Shown here: piece by piece, positions 41,558-51,537 of the stretch
Layout: each line of letters begins with the position of its first letter
Position numbering within the stretch: the first letter of the stretch is position 1
DNA from: Planctomycetota bacterium
GTDB lineage: Bacteria > Planctomycetota > Phycisphaerae > Sedimentisphaerales > Anaerohalosphaeraceae
Assembly: GCA_029552545.1 (NCBI GenBank)
Contig: JAKPDO010000025.1
Span: forward strand, 43,610-107,609
Reading direction: 5' to 3'
DNA: 64,000 nucleotides
The notes under the pieces: model-generated
Seen by the model: only the letters and a program-made list of their open reading frames with translations
Database searches by the model: none
What the model was told of the DNA's origin: nothing
Translations under genes and position numbers: made by a program

Positions 41558-44500
41558 ATGAATCGATGGGTCAGACTGGCTCGGCAGGCGGCCGGGCTGC
41601 TGGTTGCACTCGGATTGTCCGGATGGGTTTTGGCGGCACAAACGCAGGTTGGCTGGCCGACACCAACGGCGGAGAACAAGCCGTGGACGCGGTGGTGGTG
41701 GATGGGCAGTGCGGTCAACGAAGCCGATTTGTCGTTTTTGCTGGAAGAGTACAGCCGGGCGGGCATCGGAGGGGTCGAAATCTGTCCGATTTACGGCGTC
41801 AAGGGATATGAGGAGCGGTTTATTGATTTTCTTTCGCCGAAATGGATGAAGATGCTGGCCCACACGACGGCGGAGGCGCAGCGGCTGGGAATGGGGGTGG
41901 ATTTGACCACAGGGACCGGCTGGCCGTTCGGCGGGCCGCATATTCCGGATGAGCTGGCCTCGATGAAGGTGATTTGCGAGCGGTATTCGGTTTCCGGCGG
42001 GCAGGTCTTTGAGGCGTCGGTTCCGAAAAATTCGAGGGCTTATCTGATGGCCCTGATTGCTGTTGCGGCGGATGGGCACCGGATGGATTTGACGGCAAAG
42101 GTCAAAGACGGCAAAGTCCGCTGGGAGGTACCGCAGGGCAGCTGGAGAATTTATGAATTGTCGGGCCGGCGTCCGGTGCAGAAGGTTAAGCGCGCCGCTC
42201 CGGGTAGTGCCGGGAATGTCGTGGACCCGTTTTCGGTGTCGGCTCTTGAAAAGTATCTGGCGGCTTTTGACAAGGCCTTTGCGGGGTACAGCGGACGGAT
42301 GCCGCGGGCCCATTTCCACGATTCGTTTGAGTACTTTGAGGCGGACTGGACGGCGGAGTTCTTCCGGGAGTTTCAGAAGCGGCGGGGCTATGACCTCCGG
42401 GACTATGTTGAGTGTTTGTTTGGGGAGGATTCATCCGACACAGCCGCCCGCGTCAAGTGCGACTACCGCCGGACGCTTTCCGAGCTGCATATTGCGTATA
42501 TCGAGTGCTGGACGCAGTGGTGTCATCGATACAAGGGGCTCTCCCGCAATCAGGCCCACGGGGCGCCGGCTAATCTGATTGATTTGTATGCCGCGGCGGA
42601 TATTCCGGAAACCGAAATCTTCCGTTCCGTGGACAGCCGGCAGATTCCGATGATGAAGATGGCCTCTTCAGCGGCTCATCTGAAAGGGCAGCCTATCACC
42701 TCCGCCGAGTCTTTCACCTGGCTTAAAGAACATTTTCAGGCCTCGCTGGCGGATGCCAAAGCGGCGGCGGATTTCCTGTTTTTAGCCGGCGTCAATCATA
42801 TTTTCTTTCACGGGATTCCGTATTCGCCGCAGGACGCTCCATGGCCCGGCTGGCAGTTTTATGCGTCAGTCAATTTCGGGCCCGGCGGCGGGCTGTGGCA
42901 GGACCTGCCGGCATTTACGGATTATCTGACCCGCTGTCAATCCATTCTTCAGGCGGGCCGGCCGGACAATGAGATTCTGCTGTACTGGCCGGTCTATGAT
43001 TTGTGGCAGGATTCAAAGGGCTTCTATCAGGCCTTTCGCATCCACAATCAGGACCAGTGGTTTTATGACAGTTCTTTTTATAAGACAGCGATGGACCTGT
43101 GGAGCCGGGGATATGGATATGATGCCGTTTCCGACAGGTTTCTCCAAAAAGGCACCGTTCGGGATGGAAAAATTGTTCTCGGAGGCAATTCTTATTCGGT
43201 GGTTTTGATTCCGGCCTGCCGCCTGATGCCGACAGAGACGCTGGAGACGCTGCTGAAGCTGGCCGACAGGGGGGCCGTGATTTTGTTCGATTCGGGCCTT
43301 CCTACCGATGTTCCCGGACTGAAGGATTGGCAAAAGAGACGGGAAAAGCTGAACAACACGCTGCATTCTCTTGCTTTCCGGCAGGAGACAGCCGGCTCAT
43401 TCCGTTCTTGTGTGCGCAAGAAAGGAAAGATTTTGGTCGGGAACATCGAGCCGATGCTTCAGGCCGTCGGGATTTGCCGGGAGGCGTGTACGGATACGGG
43501 CATCCAGGTCGTTCGCAGGAGTCATCCGGAGGGGTACTATTACTTTCTGGCCAATCAGAGCCAAAAGCCGCTGGAGCGGTGGATACCGCTGGGCAGGCCG
43601 GCCCGTTCCGCCGTTTTGATGGACCCGCTTCGTTCGGAGCGGGTGGGGCTGGCGGCTGTTCGCAGCGAAGGCGGACAAACGCAGGTGTACATCCAGATGA
43701 CAGCAGGACAATCGCTGATTTTGAAAACATTCTCCAAAGAGTTGCCGAAGGCGTCGGCGTGGACGTATCTGCGTCCGGGTCCGGCTTCGATTTCTTTAGA
43801 AGGGCGATGGATGGTTGAGTTTATCCAGGGCGGCCCTTCTCTGCCGAAACCGCGTCAGATTGAGCGGCTGGATTCCTGGACTCGATGGGGGGATGAGGAG
43901 ACCGAGTGTTTTGCCGGGACGGCTCGTTATACACTTGAGTTTGAGAAGCCCGGCGGCACCGCCGAGGATTGGATTCTCGATTTGGGAACGGTTTGCGAGA
44001 GTGCACGGGTGCGGCTGAACGGCAAAGAAGTTGGGGTTTTCTGGACACCGCCATATGCCTGTCGAGTCGGCGGACTGCTGCGCGACGGCCTCAATAAACT
44101 GGAGATTGATGTGACAAACCTGGCGGCCAACCGCATTCGAGATTTGGACCGTCGGCAGGTTCGCTGGAAATATTTCTACGATATTAATGTGGTGAATATC
44201 GACTATAAGCCGTTCAATGCCGCGGAATGGCCGCTTCGGGATTCAGGTCTGTTGGGGCCGGTGCGGCTGATTCCGGCAAAGATTTTGAATCCGTTTGCTG
44301 AACCGAACCGAAAAGAGGACAAACCGACTCTTTTTATCATTGGCGATTCCACGGTGAAGAACAACACCCCCGGTCTGCAGGGCTGGGGAGACCCGATAGC
44401 AGAGTTTTTTGATTTGTCGAAAATGTCTGTCCAAAATCGGGCTATCGGCGGGCGAAGCAGCCGCACCTTTTTAACGGAAGGGCGATGGCAAAGGGTGCTG

Positions 44501-45013
44501 GAGGAGATGAAGGAGGGCGATTTTCTTCTGATTCAGTTTGGGCATAACGACAGCGGGCCGCTGGCGACCAGCAGGGCTCGGGCTTCTCTGAAGGGAATCG
44601 GCGACGAGACGGAAGAAGTGACATTAGAGGCGACGGGGCAGAAAGAGGTCGTTCATACCTATGGGTGGTATTTGCGAAAATACATTCGCGAAGCGAAAGA
44701 AAAGGGGGTTCAGCCGATTCTTTTATCGCCGGTTCCTCGCAACATCTGGAAAGACGGCAAGTTAACAAGAGCCGGTTCGGATTATGCGGCGTGGGCGGCA
44801 CAGGTTGCGCAGGCCGAGGGGGTTCCTTTCATCAATTTAAATGAGTCGATTGCCCGTGTTTATGAACAGCAGGGACAGGAGAAGGTCTCCCAGGAATACT
44901 TTTTGGAGGACCACACTCATACGACACCGGCGGGTGCCCGTTTGAATGCCCTTATGGTGGTAGAAGGAATCCGAAAAATAGAAGACTGCCAACTTCGGCA
45001 TTATTTGAAATAA
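41558..45013 (+). CDS. GH106-like alpha-L-rhamnosidase fused to a CE12/SGNH rhamnogalacturonan acetylesterase domain
   Basis: The N-terminus KPWTRWWWMGSAVNEADLSFLLEEYSRAGIGGVEICPIY plus a galactose-binding-like domain follows the GH106 pattern as I remember it. The C-terminal ~240 aa carry SGNH blocks: FIIGDSTV, GGRSSRTF, FGHND and DHTHTT. Confidence 0.75.
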   Translation: MNRWVRLARQAAGLLVALGLSGWVLAAQTQVGWPTPTAENKPWTRWWWMGSAVNEADLSFLLEEYSRAGIGGVEICPIYGVKGYEERFIDFLSPKWMKMLAHTTAEAQRLGMGVDLTTGTGWPFGGPHIPDELASMKVICERYSVSGGQVFEASVPKNSRAYLMALIAVAADGHRMDLTAKVKDGKVRWEVPQGSWRIYELSGRRPVQKVKRAAPGSAGNVVDPFSVSALEKYLAAFDKAFAGYSGRMPRAHFHDSFEYFEADWTAEFFREFQKRRGYDLRDYVECLFGEDSSDTAARVKCDYRRTLSELHIAYIECWTQWCHRYKGLSRNQAHGAPANLIDLYAAADIPETEIFRSVDSRQIPMMKMASSAAHLKGQPITSAESFTWLKEHFQASLADAKAAADFLFLAGVNHIFFHGIPYSPQDAPWPGWQFYASVNFGPGGGLWQDLPAFTDYLTRCQSILQAGRPDNEILLYWPVYDLWQDSKGFYQAFRIHNQDQWFYDSSFYKTAMDLWSRGYGYDAVSDRFLQKGTVRDGKIVLGGNSYSVVLIPACRLMPTETLETLLKLADRGAVILFDSGLPTDVPGLKDWQKRREKLNNTLHSLAFRQETAGSFRSCVRKKGKILVGNIEPMLQAVGICREACTDTGIQVVRRSHPEGYYYFLANQSQKPLERWIPLGRPARSAVLMDPLRSERVGLAAVRSEGGQTQVYIQMTAGQSLILKTFSKELPKASAWTYLRPGPASISLEGRWMVEFIQGGPSLPKPRQIERLDSWTRWGDEETECFAGTARYTLEFEKPGGTAEDWILDLGTVCESARVRLNGKEVGVFWTPPYACRVGGLLRDGLNKLEIDVTNLAANRIRDLDRRQVRWKYFYDINVVNIDYKPFNAAEWPLRDSGLLGPVRLIPAKILNPFAEPNRKEDKPTLFIIGDSTVKNNTPGLQGWGDPIAEFFDLSKMSVQNRAIGGRSSRTFLTEGRWQRVLEEMKEGDFLLIQFGHNDSGPLATSRARASLKGIGDETEEVTLEATGQKEVVHTYGWYLRKYIREAKEKGVQPILLSPVPRNIWKDGKLTRAGSDYAAWAAQVAQAEGVPFINLNESIARVYEQQGQEKVSQEYFLEDHTHTTPAGARLNALMVVEGIRKIEDCQLRHYLK

Positions 45014-45079
45014 ATATATAACAAGATAGAATATATCCTTATATTATCATTTCTCTTTTTTAAGAAATACAAACACTTC

Positions 45080-45107
45080 TTGACTTTCGACTGAAGCGTT
45101 CTATAAT
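45080..45107 (+). promoter_or_regulatory. sigma70-type promoter candidate upstream of the nusA leader
   Basis: TTGACT (45080-45085), a 16-nt spacer, then TATAAT (45102-45107). Confidence 0.45.
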
Positions 45108-45375
45108 TCGTATTAACCGACGCTGGATTTATAGGCGGAAAGGGTGAGTTATGATTCTTAGAGGAAATATAAGTCGTGCGGTTGCATGGCGTTACATCCT
45201 GTATTGTGCAGCGGTGCAGGGTGCACGGACGGCTTGTTGCTATAGAAAATGATTCTTCAGGGAACCTGCAGAAACGGCGGCGATTCCGGAGAACCGAAGT
45301 TATGGCCGACTAAACGGACAATTTTTTCGGCCCGCCTTTGTGAATCCGGTTAGAAAGGGCCGACGGTTTGCAGGA

Positions 45376-45415
45376 AAAAGTGGTAACCTGAAGGTTTCCA
45401 CTTTTTTGTTTTTAT
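45376..45415 (+). terminator. intrinsic terminator/attenuator immediately upstream of nusA
   Basis: AAAAGTGGTAACC-TGAA-GGTTTCCACTTTT (one mismatch) followed by TTGTTTTT. It ends about 20 nt before the nusA ATG. Confidence 0.55.
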
Positions 45416-45436
45416 TGGATTAAGGATGCGGATTTT

Positions 45437-46666
45437 ATGAATCAGGATGTATTACGAATCGTTGAGAACATTTCGCGGGACAAGAACATTGACAAGGAAT
45501 CCGTTTTTCAGGACCTTGAAGCCGCGATGGTTTCGGCAGCGCGCAAGCACTTCGGGGCTCCGCCGGAAAGTGATATTACCGTCCATATCGACCGCAAAAC
45601 GGGAGATATTTCCGCCTTTAAGGATGGCAGTCCGATTGATATCCAAAGATTAGGGCGGATTTCGGCGCAGACAGCCCGCCAGGTGATGATTCAGAAACTC
45701 CGCGCGGATGAACGGGAGAGCATTTACGCGGAGTATGTTCAGCGGAAAGGTGAGATTGTCAACGGGACTGTAGCACGTTTTGAAGGCGGGGTGCTGGTTG
45801 TGAACCTAAGTCCTCGTGTAGAGGCGATTTTGCCAAAATCCGAGCAAATCAGCGGGGAAACGCATCACCCCGGAGAGCGGATTCGTGCGATGATTCTCGA
45901 TGTGCGTGATGTATCCAGTCAGGTGAAAATTATTCTTTCCCGAACCCATCCGGATTTTATCCGCCGTCTCTTTGAATTGGAGGTACCGGAGGTGAGCGAA
46001 GGGATTATTGAGATAAAAGCCCTGGCCCGGGAGGCGGGCTATCGGACCAAGATTGCCGTGGATTCCACGGATGACAAAGTGGACCCGGTAGGGGCTTGTG
46101 TTGGGGTTCGGGGAAGCCGAATCAAAAATATTGTCGACGAGCTTGGTGGAGAAAAGATTGACATCGTGCCCTGGAGCGATTCTTCTCAGGTTTTCATTGC
46201 CAATGCACTTCGTCCGGCTAAGGTGAGTGAAATCGCCATCTGTTTTGAACTGGGGCGAGCTACGGTTGTTGTGCCCGAAGACCAATTAAGTTTGGCAATC
46301 GGCAAGCACGGTCAGAATGTGCGTTTGGCGGCTCGTCTGACCAGTTGGGATATTGATATTTTAACGCCTCCGGAGTATAACCGAGAGGTGGAGCGGCTTT
46401 CGGCCTGCATCGGCCAAGTTGAGGGGGTAGATGATTCTTTTGTCGATAAGCTGCTGGCTCTGGGAATTATTTCCGTTTTGGATCTTGAAGAGGTAGGGGT
46501 GGAGCCGCTGGTAGAGGAGCTGAAGATTTCGAACGAGTTGGCACTTCGGATTATTAAAGCCGCGGAAGCAGCCGCCAAAGAAATGGCGGCAGAAGAAAAA
46601 ATGACCCAGGCCGAGGGCTTGCTGATGCAGGAAAAGGCACGCAGCGAAAGAAAACGAAAGAGTTAG
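45437..46666 (+). CDS. nusA: transcription termination/antitermination factor NusA
   Basis: N-terminal domain, S1 domain (GEIVNGTVARFEGGVLVVNL) and KH1/KH2 (DPVGACVGVRGSRIKNIVDELGGEKIDIV; AIGKHGQNVRLAARLTSWDIDI). Confidence 0.95.
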   Translation: MNQDVLRIVENISRDKNIDKESVFQDLEAAMVSAARKHFGAPPESDITVHIDRKTGDISAFKDGSPIDIQRLGRISAQTARQVMIQKLRADERESIYAEYVQRKGEIVNGTVARFEGGVLVVNLSPRVEAILPKSEQISGETHHPGERIRAMILDVRDVSSQVKIILSRTHPDFIRRLFELEVPEVSEGIIEIKALAREAGYRTKIAVDSTDDKVDPVGACVGVRGSRIKNIVDELGGEKIDIVPWSDSSQVFIANALRPAKVSEIAICFELGRATVVVPEDQLSLAIGKHGQNVRLAARLTSWDIDILTPPEYNREVERLSACIGQVEGVDDSFVDKLLALGIISVLDLEEVGVEPLVEELKISNELALRIIKAAEAAAKEMAAEEKMTQAEGLLMQEKARSERKRKS

Positions 46667-46728
46667 AAGCGTACACGTCTTCGGAAGGTGTAAACAGACT
46701 TCCGTGAGGTTGTACAGGAGAACCCAAA

Positions 46729-49416
46729 TTGGCAAAGGCGGTAACAAAAGTTTATCTTCTGGCGAAAGAGTTAGGGGTTAAGAGCCAGGCCATTGTGGCC
46801 AAATGCCAGGCCGAAGGGCTGGACATCAAAACGCATATGTCCCCTTTGACGGCCGGTCAGGTAGCGACCATCCGGGAGTGGTTCAGCGAAGGAGAACACA
46901 CGACGTCTGTGGAGACCGCCGCACGGGTTGATTTGGAAAAGGTGCGGGTGCCCCGTCGAAAAAAGGTTACCGCTCCGCCGGAAGAAGTCGCGGCTGCTCC
47001 GGCTGCGCCTGCAGAGACTTCTGAATCTGTTCAAGCGGCAGAAGCACCGGCGGAAACGAAAGAAATGCCGGAAACGGAAACGGTCCCTGTGTCAGAGACA
47101 GCGGTTCCAGAACAGGCGGCTCCTGTCGTTCCTGCAACGGCGGCTTCGGCAGAGCCGACAGTTATTGCGGAGCCCCCTGCGCCGCAAGTTCAGGAGACAC
47201 CGATGGCTGCTCCGCCGCCTCCGCCCCCGCCTCCGGAGCCGATTCTGCCGGCCGGTCCGAAACTGGAGAAACCCACGCCTGCTCAGCTAACCGGACCGAC
47301 GGTGATCCGGGTTGAAAAACCGGAAGTTGATTCGCGCCGGTTCGGCGGAAAGCGGCCGCGTCCGCCGATGAAGGGGCCGGAGAAGCCCGTTCAGCCGCTG
47401 ATTCCTGTGGTGGAAGACGACGCGGATACAACCGCCAAAAAGCCCAAAGACAAAACCCACGGGCGCCGAAAGCATCATGGGGAGGATGAGGAGGAACGGC
47501 TGCTGAAAGGCACGCCGAAACGGATCCGGGAGCGGGATTTGGAGGAGCGGCGGGCTCGACTGGCGGCTGCGGAAGGGGAATGGGTTCGGAACCGTCCGCC
47601 TCGCCGGATTGAAACCAAATCCAAGACCGAGGAAGCGGCTCCGCCGGTAGAGCGGCCCGCTAAGGCCGTTGTGACCGAACCGATTCTGGTGAAAGACCTT
47701 TCCGCTGCTCTGGGTGTAAAGACCAGCGATATTATCGCCAAGCTTCTGGCGGAAGGAGTTATTGCGACGGCCAACCAGGCAATCTCTGTCGATACGGCCG
47801 AGCTGATTGCGATGGAGTTCGGGACAGAACTGGTTGTGGAACGCAAGCGCACGGTTCTGGAGCAGATTGAAAAGGAATTTGAACAGCGTCCGAGACTTCA
47901 TTTGCAGAAGCGTCCGCCGATTGTCACGATGCTCGGACATGTGGACCACGGCAAGACCAGTTTGCTGGACCGGATTCGCAAGACGTCTGTGGCGGCCGGA
48001 GAAGCCGGCGGGATTACGCAGCACATCGGCGCTTATCAGGTGGAAATCAACGGCAAGCGCATCACGTTTTTGGATACGCCGGGTCATGAAGCGTTTACTT
48101 CGATGCGGGCACGCGGAGCGCAGATGACCGACATTGTCGTTCTGGTTGTGGCGGCGGATGACGGGGTGATGCCGCAGACAGTAGAGGCGATTCATCACGC
48201 CAAGGCCGCTGGTGTTGAAATTCTGGTGGCGCTGAACAAAATCGACCTGCCGGGGATTGATTTGCACCGCATCTATGGGCAGCTGGCGGAGCATGAGCTG
48301 ACGCCTGCCGAATGGGGCGGGAATACAGAGATTGTCAAAACCAGTGCCGTAACCGGACAGGGTATCGAGGATTTGATTGAACATCTGGATTATATTGCGG
48401 AGCTGAAGAACTATCAGGCCGACCCGACCTTGCCGGCGACAGGGTGGGTTGTGGAGGCCAAGATGGCTCCCAGCCGCGGTGCAGTGGCCACGCTTCTGAT
48501 CAAAGAAGGCGAACTGAAAAAGGGAGACATTGTGCTGGCGGGTGGGGCCTACGGGCGGGTCCGTACCATTACCGACAGTTGGGGGCATGCCGTTAAAAAA
48601 GCCACCCCTTCTATGCCGGTGGAGATTACCGGGCTCGACGGAGTTCCGCAGGCGGGAGATAAGTTCTATTGTCTGTCCGACATCAACCGGGCTCAGGAGG
48701 CGGCGGAGGAAATCCGGATGCTCAGCCGGGAGGAATCGCTGGCTCGGCGTTCTCAGGTGACGCTGGACAACTTGTTCAAGCATATTGAAGCCGGCAAAAT
48801 CAAAGAGCTGAATCTGATTGTTCGGGCCGATGTGCAGGGCTCCGTCGATGTGCTGGTCCGTTATTTGACGGAATTGAGCACCCCGGAGGTGAAAGTCAAG
48901 GTCATTCACGCCGGCGTCGGGGGCATTACGGAAGGGGATGTGGTGCTCGCCCAGGCCTCGGATGCCATCATCATCGGTTTTAATGTTGTTCCGGAAGACC
49001 GGGTCCGGCAGATGGCGGAAGCGGCTCGTGTGGATATTCGGCTGTACAATGTGATTTACCGCATTACCGAGGACTTGAAAGCGGCGATGAAAGGGCTTCT
49101 GGAGCCGGTGGAGCAGGAAAAGACGCTGGGCCGGCTGGTTGTCCGCAATACCTTCAAGATTTCCGGAGTGGGAACGGTGGCCGGATGCTTTGTCGAGAAC
49201 GGCGTGGTCACCAAAAATGCCAAGCTGCGTCTGATTCGCAACAACATTGTTGTCAAGGACAATTGTGCCATCGAATCGCTGCGGCATTTCAAAGACGATG
49301 TGCGGGAGGTCAAGGCCGGTCTGGAGTGCGGTATTAAGATTGCCGGTTTCGACGACGTCAAAACCGGCGATGTGCTGGAGGCCTATGAGATTGTACAGGT
49401 TGCCCGCGATTTGTAA
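46729..49416 (+). CDS. infB: translation initiation factor IF-2
   Basis: TTG start 7 nt after AGGAGA. IF2-N domain, a Pro/Glu/Ala-rich linker, then the GTPase ([21 protein letters not shown]) and the C-terminal beta-barrels. Confidence 0.95.
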   Translation: MAKAVTKVYLLAKELGVKSQAIVAKCQAEGLDIKTHMSPLTAGQVATIREWFSEGEHTTSVETAARVDLEKVRVPRRKKVTAPPEEVAAAPAAPAETSESVQAAEAPAETKEMPETETVPVSETAVPEQAAPVVPATAASAEPTVIAEPPAPQVQETPMAAPPPPPPPPEPILPAGPKLEKPTPAQLTGPTVIRVEKPEVDSRRFGGKRPRPPMKGPEKPVQPLIPVVEDDADTTAKKPKDKTHGRRKHHGEDEEERLLKGTPKRIRERDLEERRARLAAAEGEWVRNRPPRRIETKSKTEEAAPPVERPAKAVVTEPILVKDLSAALGVKTSDIIAKLLAEGVIATANQAISVDTAELIAMEFGTELVVERKRTVLEQIEKEFEQRPRLHLQKRPPIVTMLGHVDHGKTSLLDRIRKTSVAAGEAGGITQHIGAYQVEINGKRITFLDTPGHEAFTSMRARGAQMTDIVVLVVAADDGVMPQTVEAIHHAKAAGVEILVALNKIDLPGIDLHRIYGQLAEHELTPAEWGGNTEIVKTSAVTGQGIEDLIEHLDYIAELKNYQADPTLPATGWVVEAKMAPSRGAVATLLIKEGELKKGDIVLAGGAYGRVRTITDSWGHAVKKATPSMPVEITGLDGVPQAGDKFYCLSDINRAQEAAEEIRMLSREESLARRSQVTLDNLFKHIEAGKIKELNLIVRADVQGSVDVLVRYLTELSTPEVKVKVIHAGVGGITEGDVVLAQASDAIIIGFNVVPEDRVRQMAEAARVDIRLYNVIYRITEDLKAAMKGLLEPVEQEKTLGRLVVRNTFKISGVGTVAGCFVENGVVTKNAKLRLIRNNIVVKDNCAIESLRHFKDDVREVKAGLECGIKIAGFDDVKTGDVLEAYEIVQVARDL

Positions 49417-49461
49417 GCAGGACGAGCGGATTTTGTTGGGAAAGACAGGTTGGAAACGTTC

Positions 49462-49878
49462 ATGGCAAGCCGCAGACTGGAACGAATAGCCGGGGTGATT
49501 CGTGAATCGGTGAGCTCCACGATTCTGACACGTCTAAGTGATCCTCGCATTCAGGGATTGGTGACTGTAACGGAAGTGGAGGTGACAGCCGACCTGCGTC
49601 AGGCCACCGTTTATCTGAGTGTCAGCGGAGTGGATGAAGCGGCCCAGGAACTGACGATAAAAGCCATCCGGCATGCGGCCGGAGTTTTTCAGGCCGCGCT
49701 GGGGCGGGTGCTGGTCTGCCGATATGTGCCCCATCTTCGTTTTGAGATGGATCGAAAGTTTCATACGACCCTGGAGACGCTGCGGCTGATAGAGGAAATC
49801 CGCCGCCAGTGGGATGAAAAGGACGAGGAGAGGCAGAACCCAGAAGAAAATGGGCCGCAAGAGGAGCCCCGGCTATGA
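49462..49878 (+). CDS. rbfA: ribosome-binding factor A
   Basis: ATG 49462 (the ORF-track TTG is at 49450): MASRRLERIAGVIRESVSSTILTRLSDPRIQGLVTVTEVEVTADLRQATVYLSV. Confidence 0.9.
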   Translation: MASRRLERIAGVIRESVSSTILTRLSDPRIQGLVTVTEVEVTADLRQATVYLSVSGVDEAAQELTIKAIRHAAGVFQAALGRVLVCRYVPHLRFEMDRKFHTTLETLRLIEEIRRQWDEKDEERQNPEENGPQEEPRL

Positions 49879-50573
49879 AAAACAGCAAAGAATACGGTGC
49901 CAAGCTGAAAAAAGTCTTTCAGAGCTGGAAACGTCAGGGATCTGATTGTGAACCTGTGACGTATGAAGACCCGATTGAGGCCCTTGTTGTGGGGCTGATC
50001 AGCGAAATGTATCCGGAGGCGGAAGCCAAAAAGATTTACAAACGCATTCAGAGCCACTTTGTGGACCTGAATGACTTGCGGGTGGCCCGCAGCGAGGAGA
50101 TTCTTGAGGTCATGGGCGATCACAGTCCGCAGGCGCAGACCGCTGCGCAGACCCTCACGCGGATGCTGAATCAGATTTGCGACCGTTATGATGCGCTGAG
50201 TCTGATTTCTCTTCGCAATCTCGGCAAACGGCAGGGACGCAAGGCCGTGGAAGACATTGAAGGCGTCACCCGTTTTGCGGCGGACTACTGCTTTTTAACG
50301 GCACTGGGAGGCCACGCGATTCCTCTTACGGGGAAGATGAAAGAGTATCTGATTCGGGAAGAGATGATTCATCCGGAGGCCACCGAAGAGGAGATTCACG
50401 GATTTCTGGAACGTCAGATTGCCGCAGCGGACGGCTGGCTGTTTTATTCCCTTCTGCGGGCGGCGGCGGAGGGAACTCTGTCGTCGGCTGAGAAAGGCCG
50501 TTCTGCGGATTCGGATGCAAAGAACAAGAAAAAACCAAAACAGAGCAAACGGAAAGATTCAGCGAAAAAATGA
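49875..50573 (+). CDS. hypothetical protein, weakly endonuclease III / HhH-GPD-like, with a Lys-rich tail
   Basis: ATGA overlaps at both ends (49875-49878 with rbfA, 50570-50573 with hisG). The helical pattern ..LGKRQGRKAVEDIEGVTRFAADYCFL.. resembles a helix-hairpin-helix. The family assignment is tentative. Confidence 0.6.
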   Translation: MKNSKEYGAKLKKVFQSWKRQGSDCEPVTYEDPIEALVVGLISEMYPEAEAKKIYKRIQSHFVDLNDLRVARSEEILEVMGDHSPQAQTAAQTLTRMLNQICDRYDALSLISLRNLGKRQGRKAVEDIEGVTRFAADYCFLTALGGHAIPLTGKMKEYLIREEMIHPEATEEEIHGFLERQIAAADGWLFYSLLRAAAEGTLSSAEKGRSADSDAKNKKKPKQSKRKDSAKK

Positions 50574-51496
50574 GTGCACGACAGTCAGAGCAAATGAAAA
50601 ATCCATCAAAAGAGAACCAGCCGTCCCAGCCCGTTCTGAAGCTGGGAATTCCCAAGGGCAGTCTGCAGAATGCCACGATTGATCTGTTTGCGAAGGCGGG
50701 GTTTTCCATAACGGGAGCGGATCGAAGTTATTTTCCGCAGATTGATGACCCTCAGATTCAGCCGATTCTGCTGCGGGCTCAGGAAATGAGCCGTTATGTG
50801 GAGGCCGGGGTTTTGGATGCGGGCTTTACCGGCTATGACTGGATTATGGAAAACAATTCTAAAGTCCACGAGGTCTGTCAGCTTGAATACAGCAAGGCGA
50901 CCTCTGCACCGGCCCGCTGGGTTCTGGCCGTTCCAAATGAATCGAAAGTCCAGAAACCCGAAGACCTTGAAGGGGGCATTATTGCAACGGAACTGGTCGG
51001 TGTCACGCAGCGGTATTTCCGCCGTAAAAAAATTCGGGTGAAGGTGGAGTTCAGCTGGGGAGCGACGGAAGTCAAGGCCCGGCTGGTCAACGGCATTGTA
51101 GAACTGACGGAAACGGGCTCTTCCCTGCGGGCCAACAACCTCCGCATTGTGGATACTGTTCTGGTCTCTACGACCCGTTTTATCGCCAATCGGCAGGCGT
51201 GGAAGGATTCGTTCAAGAGGCAGAAAATTGAGAATCTGGCCATTCTCCTGAATGCGGCCATCAATGCAAAAACTCTTGTCGGGATGAAGATGAATGTCGC
51301 CAAAAAGGATTTGCCGGCTATTCTGCAGATTCTTCCGGCGGAAAAGAGCCCGACGGTTTCCCCGCTGGCGGATTCCGACTATGCGGCTGTGGAAATTGTG
51401 GTGGAGGAAAAAGTTGAACGTGAGCTGATTCCACGGCTGAAATATGCGGGCGCTTCCGGGATCATCACTTATTCTCTCAATAAAGTGATTCATTAA
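50570..51496 (+). CDS. hisG: ATP phosphoribosyltransferase (long form with C-terminal regulatory domain)
   Basis: LKLGIPKGSLQNATIDLFAKAGF.., ..GIVELTETGSSLRANNL.. and a HisG_C-like tail. Confidence 0.85.
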   Translation: MSARQSEQMKNPSKENQPSQPVLKLGIPKGSLQNATIDLFAKAGFSITGADRSYFPQIDDPQIQPILLRAQEMSRYVEAGVLDAGFTGYDWIMENNSKVHEVCQLEYSKATSAPARWVLAVPNESKVQKPEDLEGGIIATELVGVTQRYFRRKKIRVKVEFSWGATEVKARLVNGIVELTETGSSLRANNLRIVDTVLVSTTRFIANRQAWKDSFKRQKIENLAILLNAAINAKTLVGMKMNVAKKDLPAILQILPAEKSPTVSPLADSDYAAVEIVVEEKVERELIPRLKYAGASGIITYSLNKVIH

Positions 51497-51537
51497 TCAG
51501 CAAAAATAAAGGAACCATTCAAAGCGGGAAGACGGAT

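Noticed and set aside
45108-45375. The nusA leader as RNase P RNA, SRP RNA, tmRNA or 6S RNA.
   Set aside because: It has none of the signature motifs I can recognise by eye: no GAGGAAAGTCC-type P4, no SRP GGAA/AGCA tetraloop domain, no tmRNA ends. It is kept only as an unclassified structured leader.
46990-47470. Pro/Ala/Glu-rich low-complexity stretch including [10 protein letters not shown].
   Set aside because: This is the normal variable linker between the N-terminal and GTPase domains of IF-2, not a separate feature.
47287-49287. A 666-aa minus-strand ORF antisense to infB.
   Set aside because: infB is unambiguous on the plus strand (GTPase motifs), and the antisense product has no family features.
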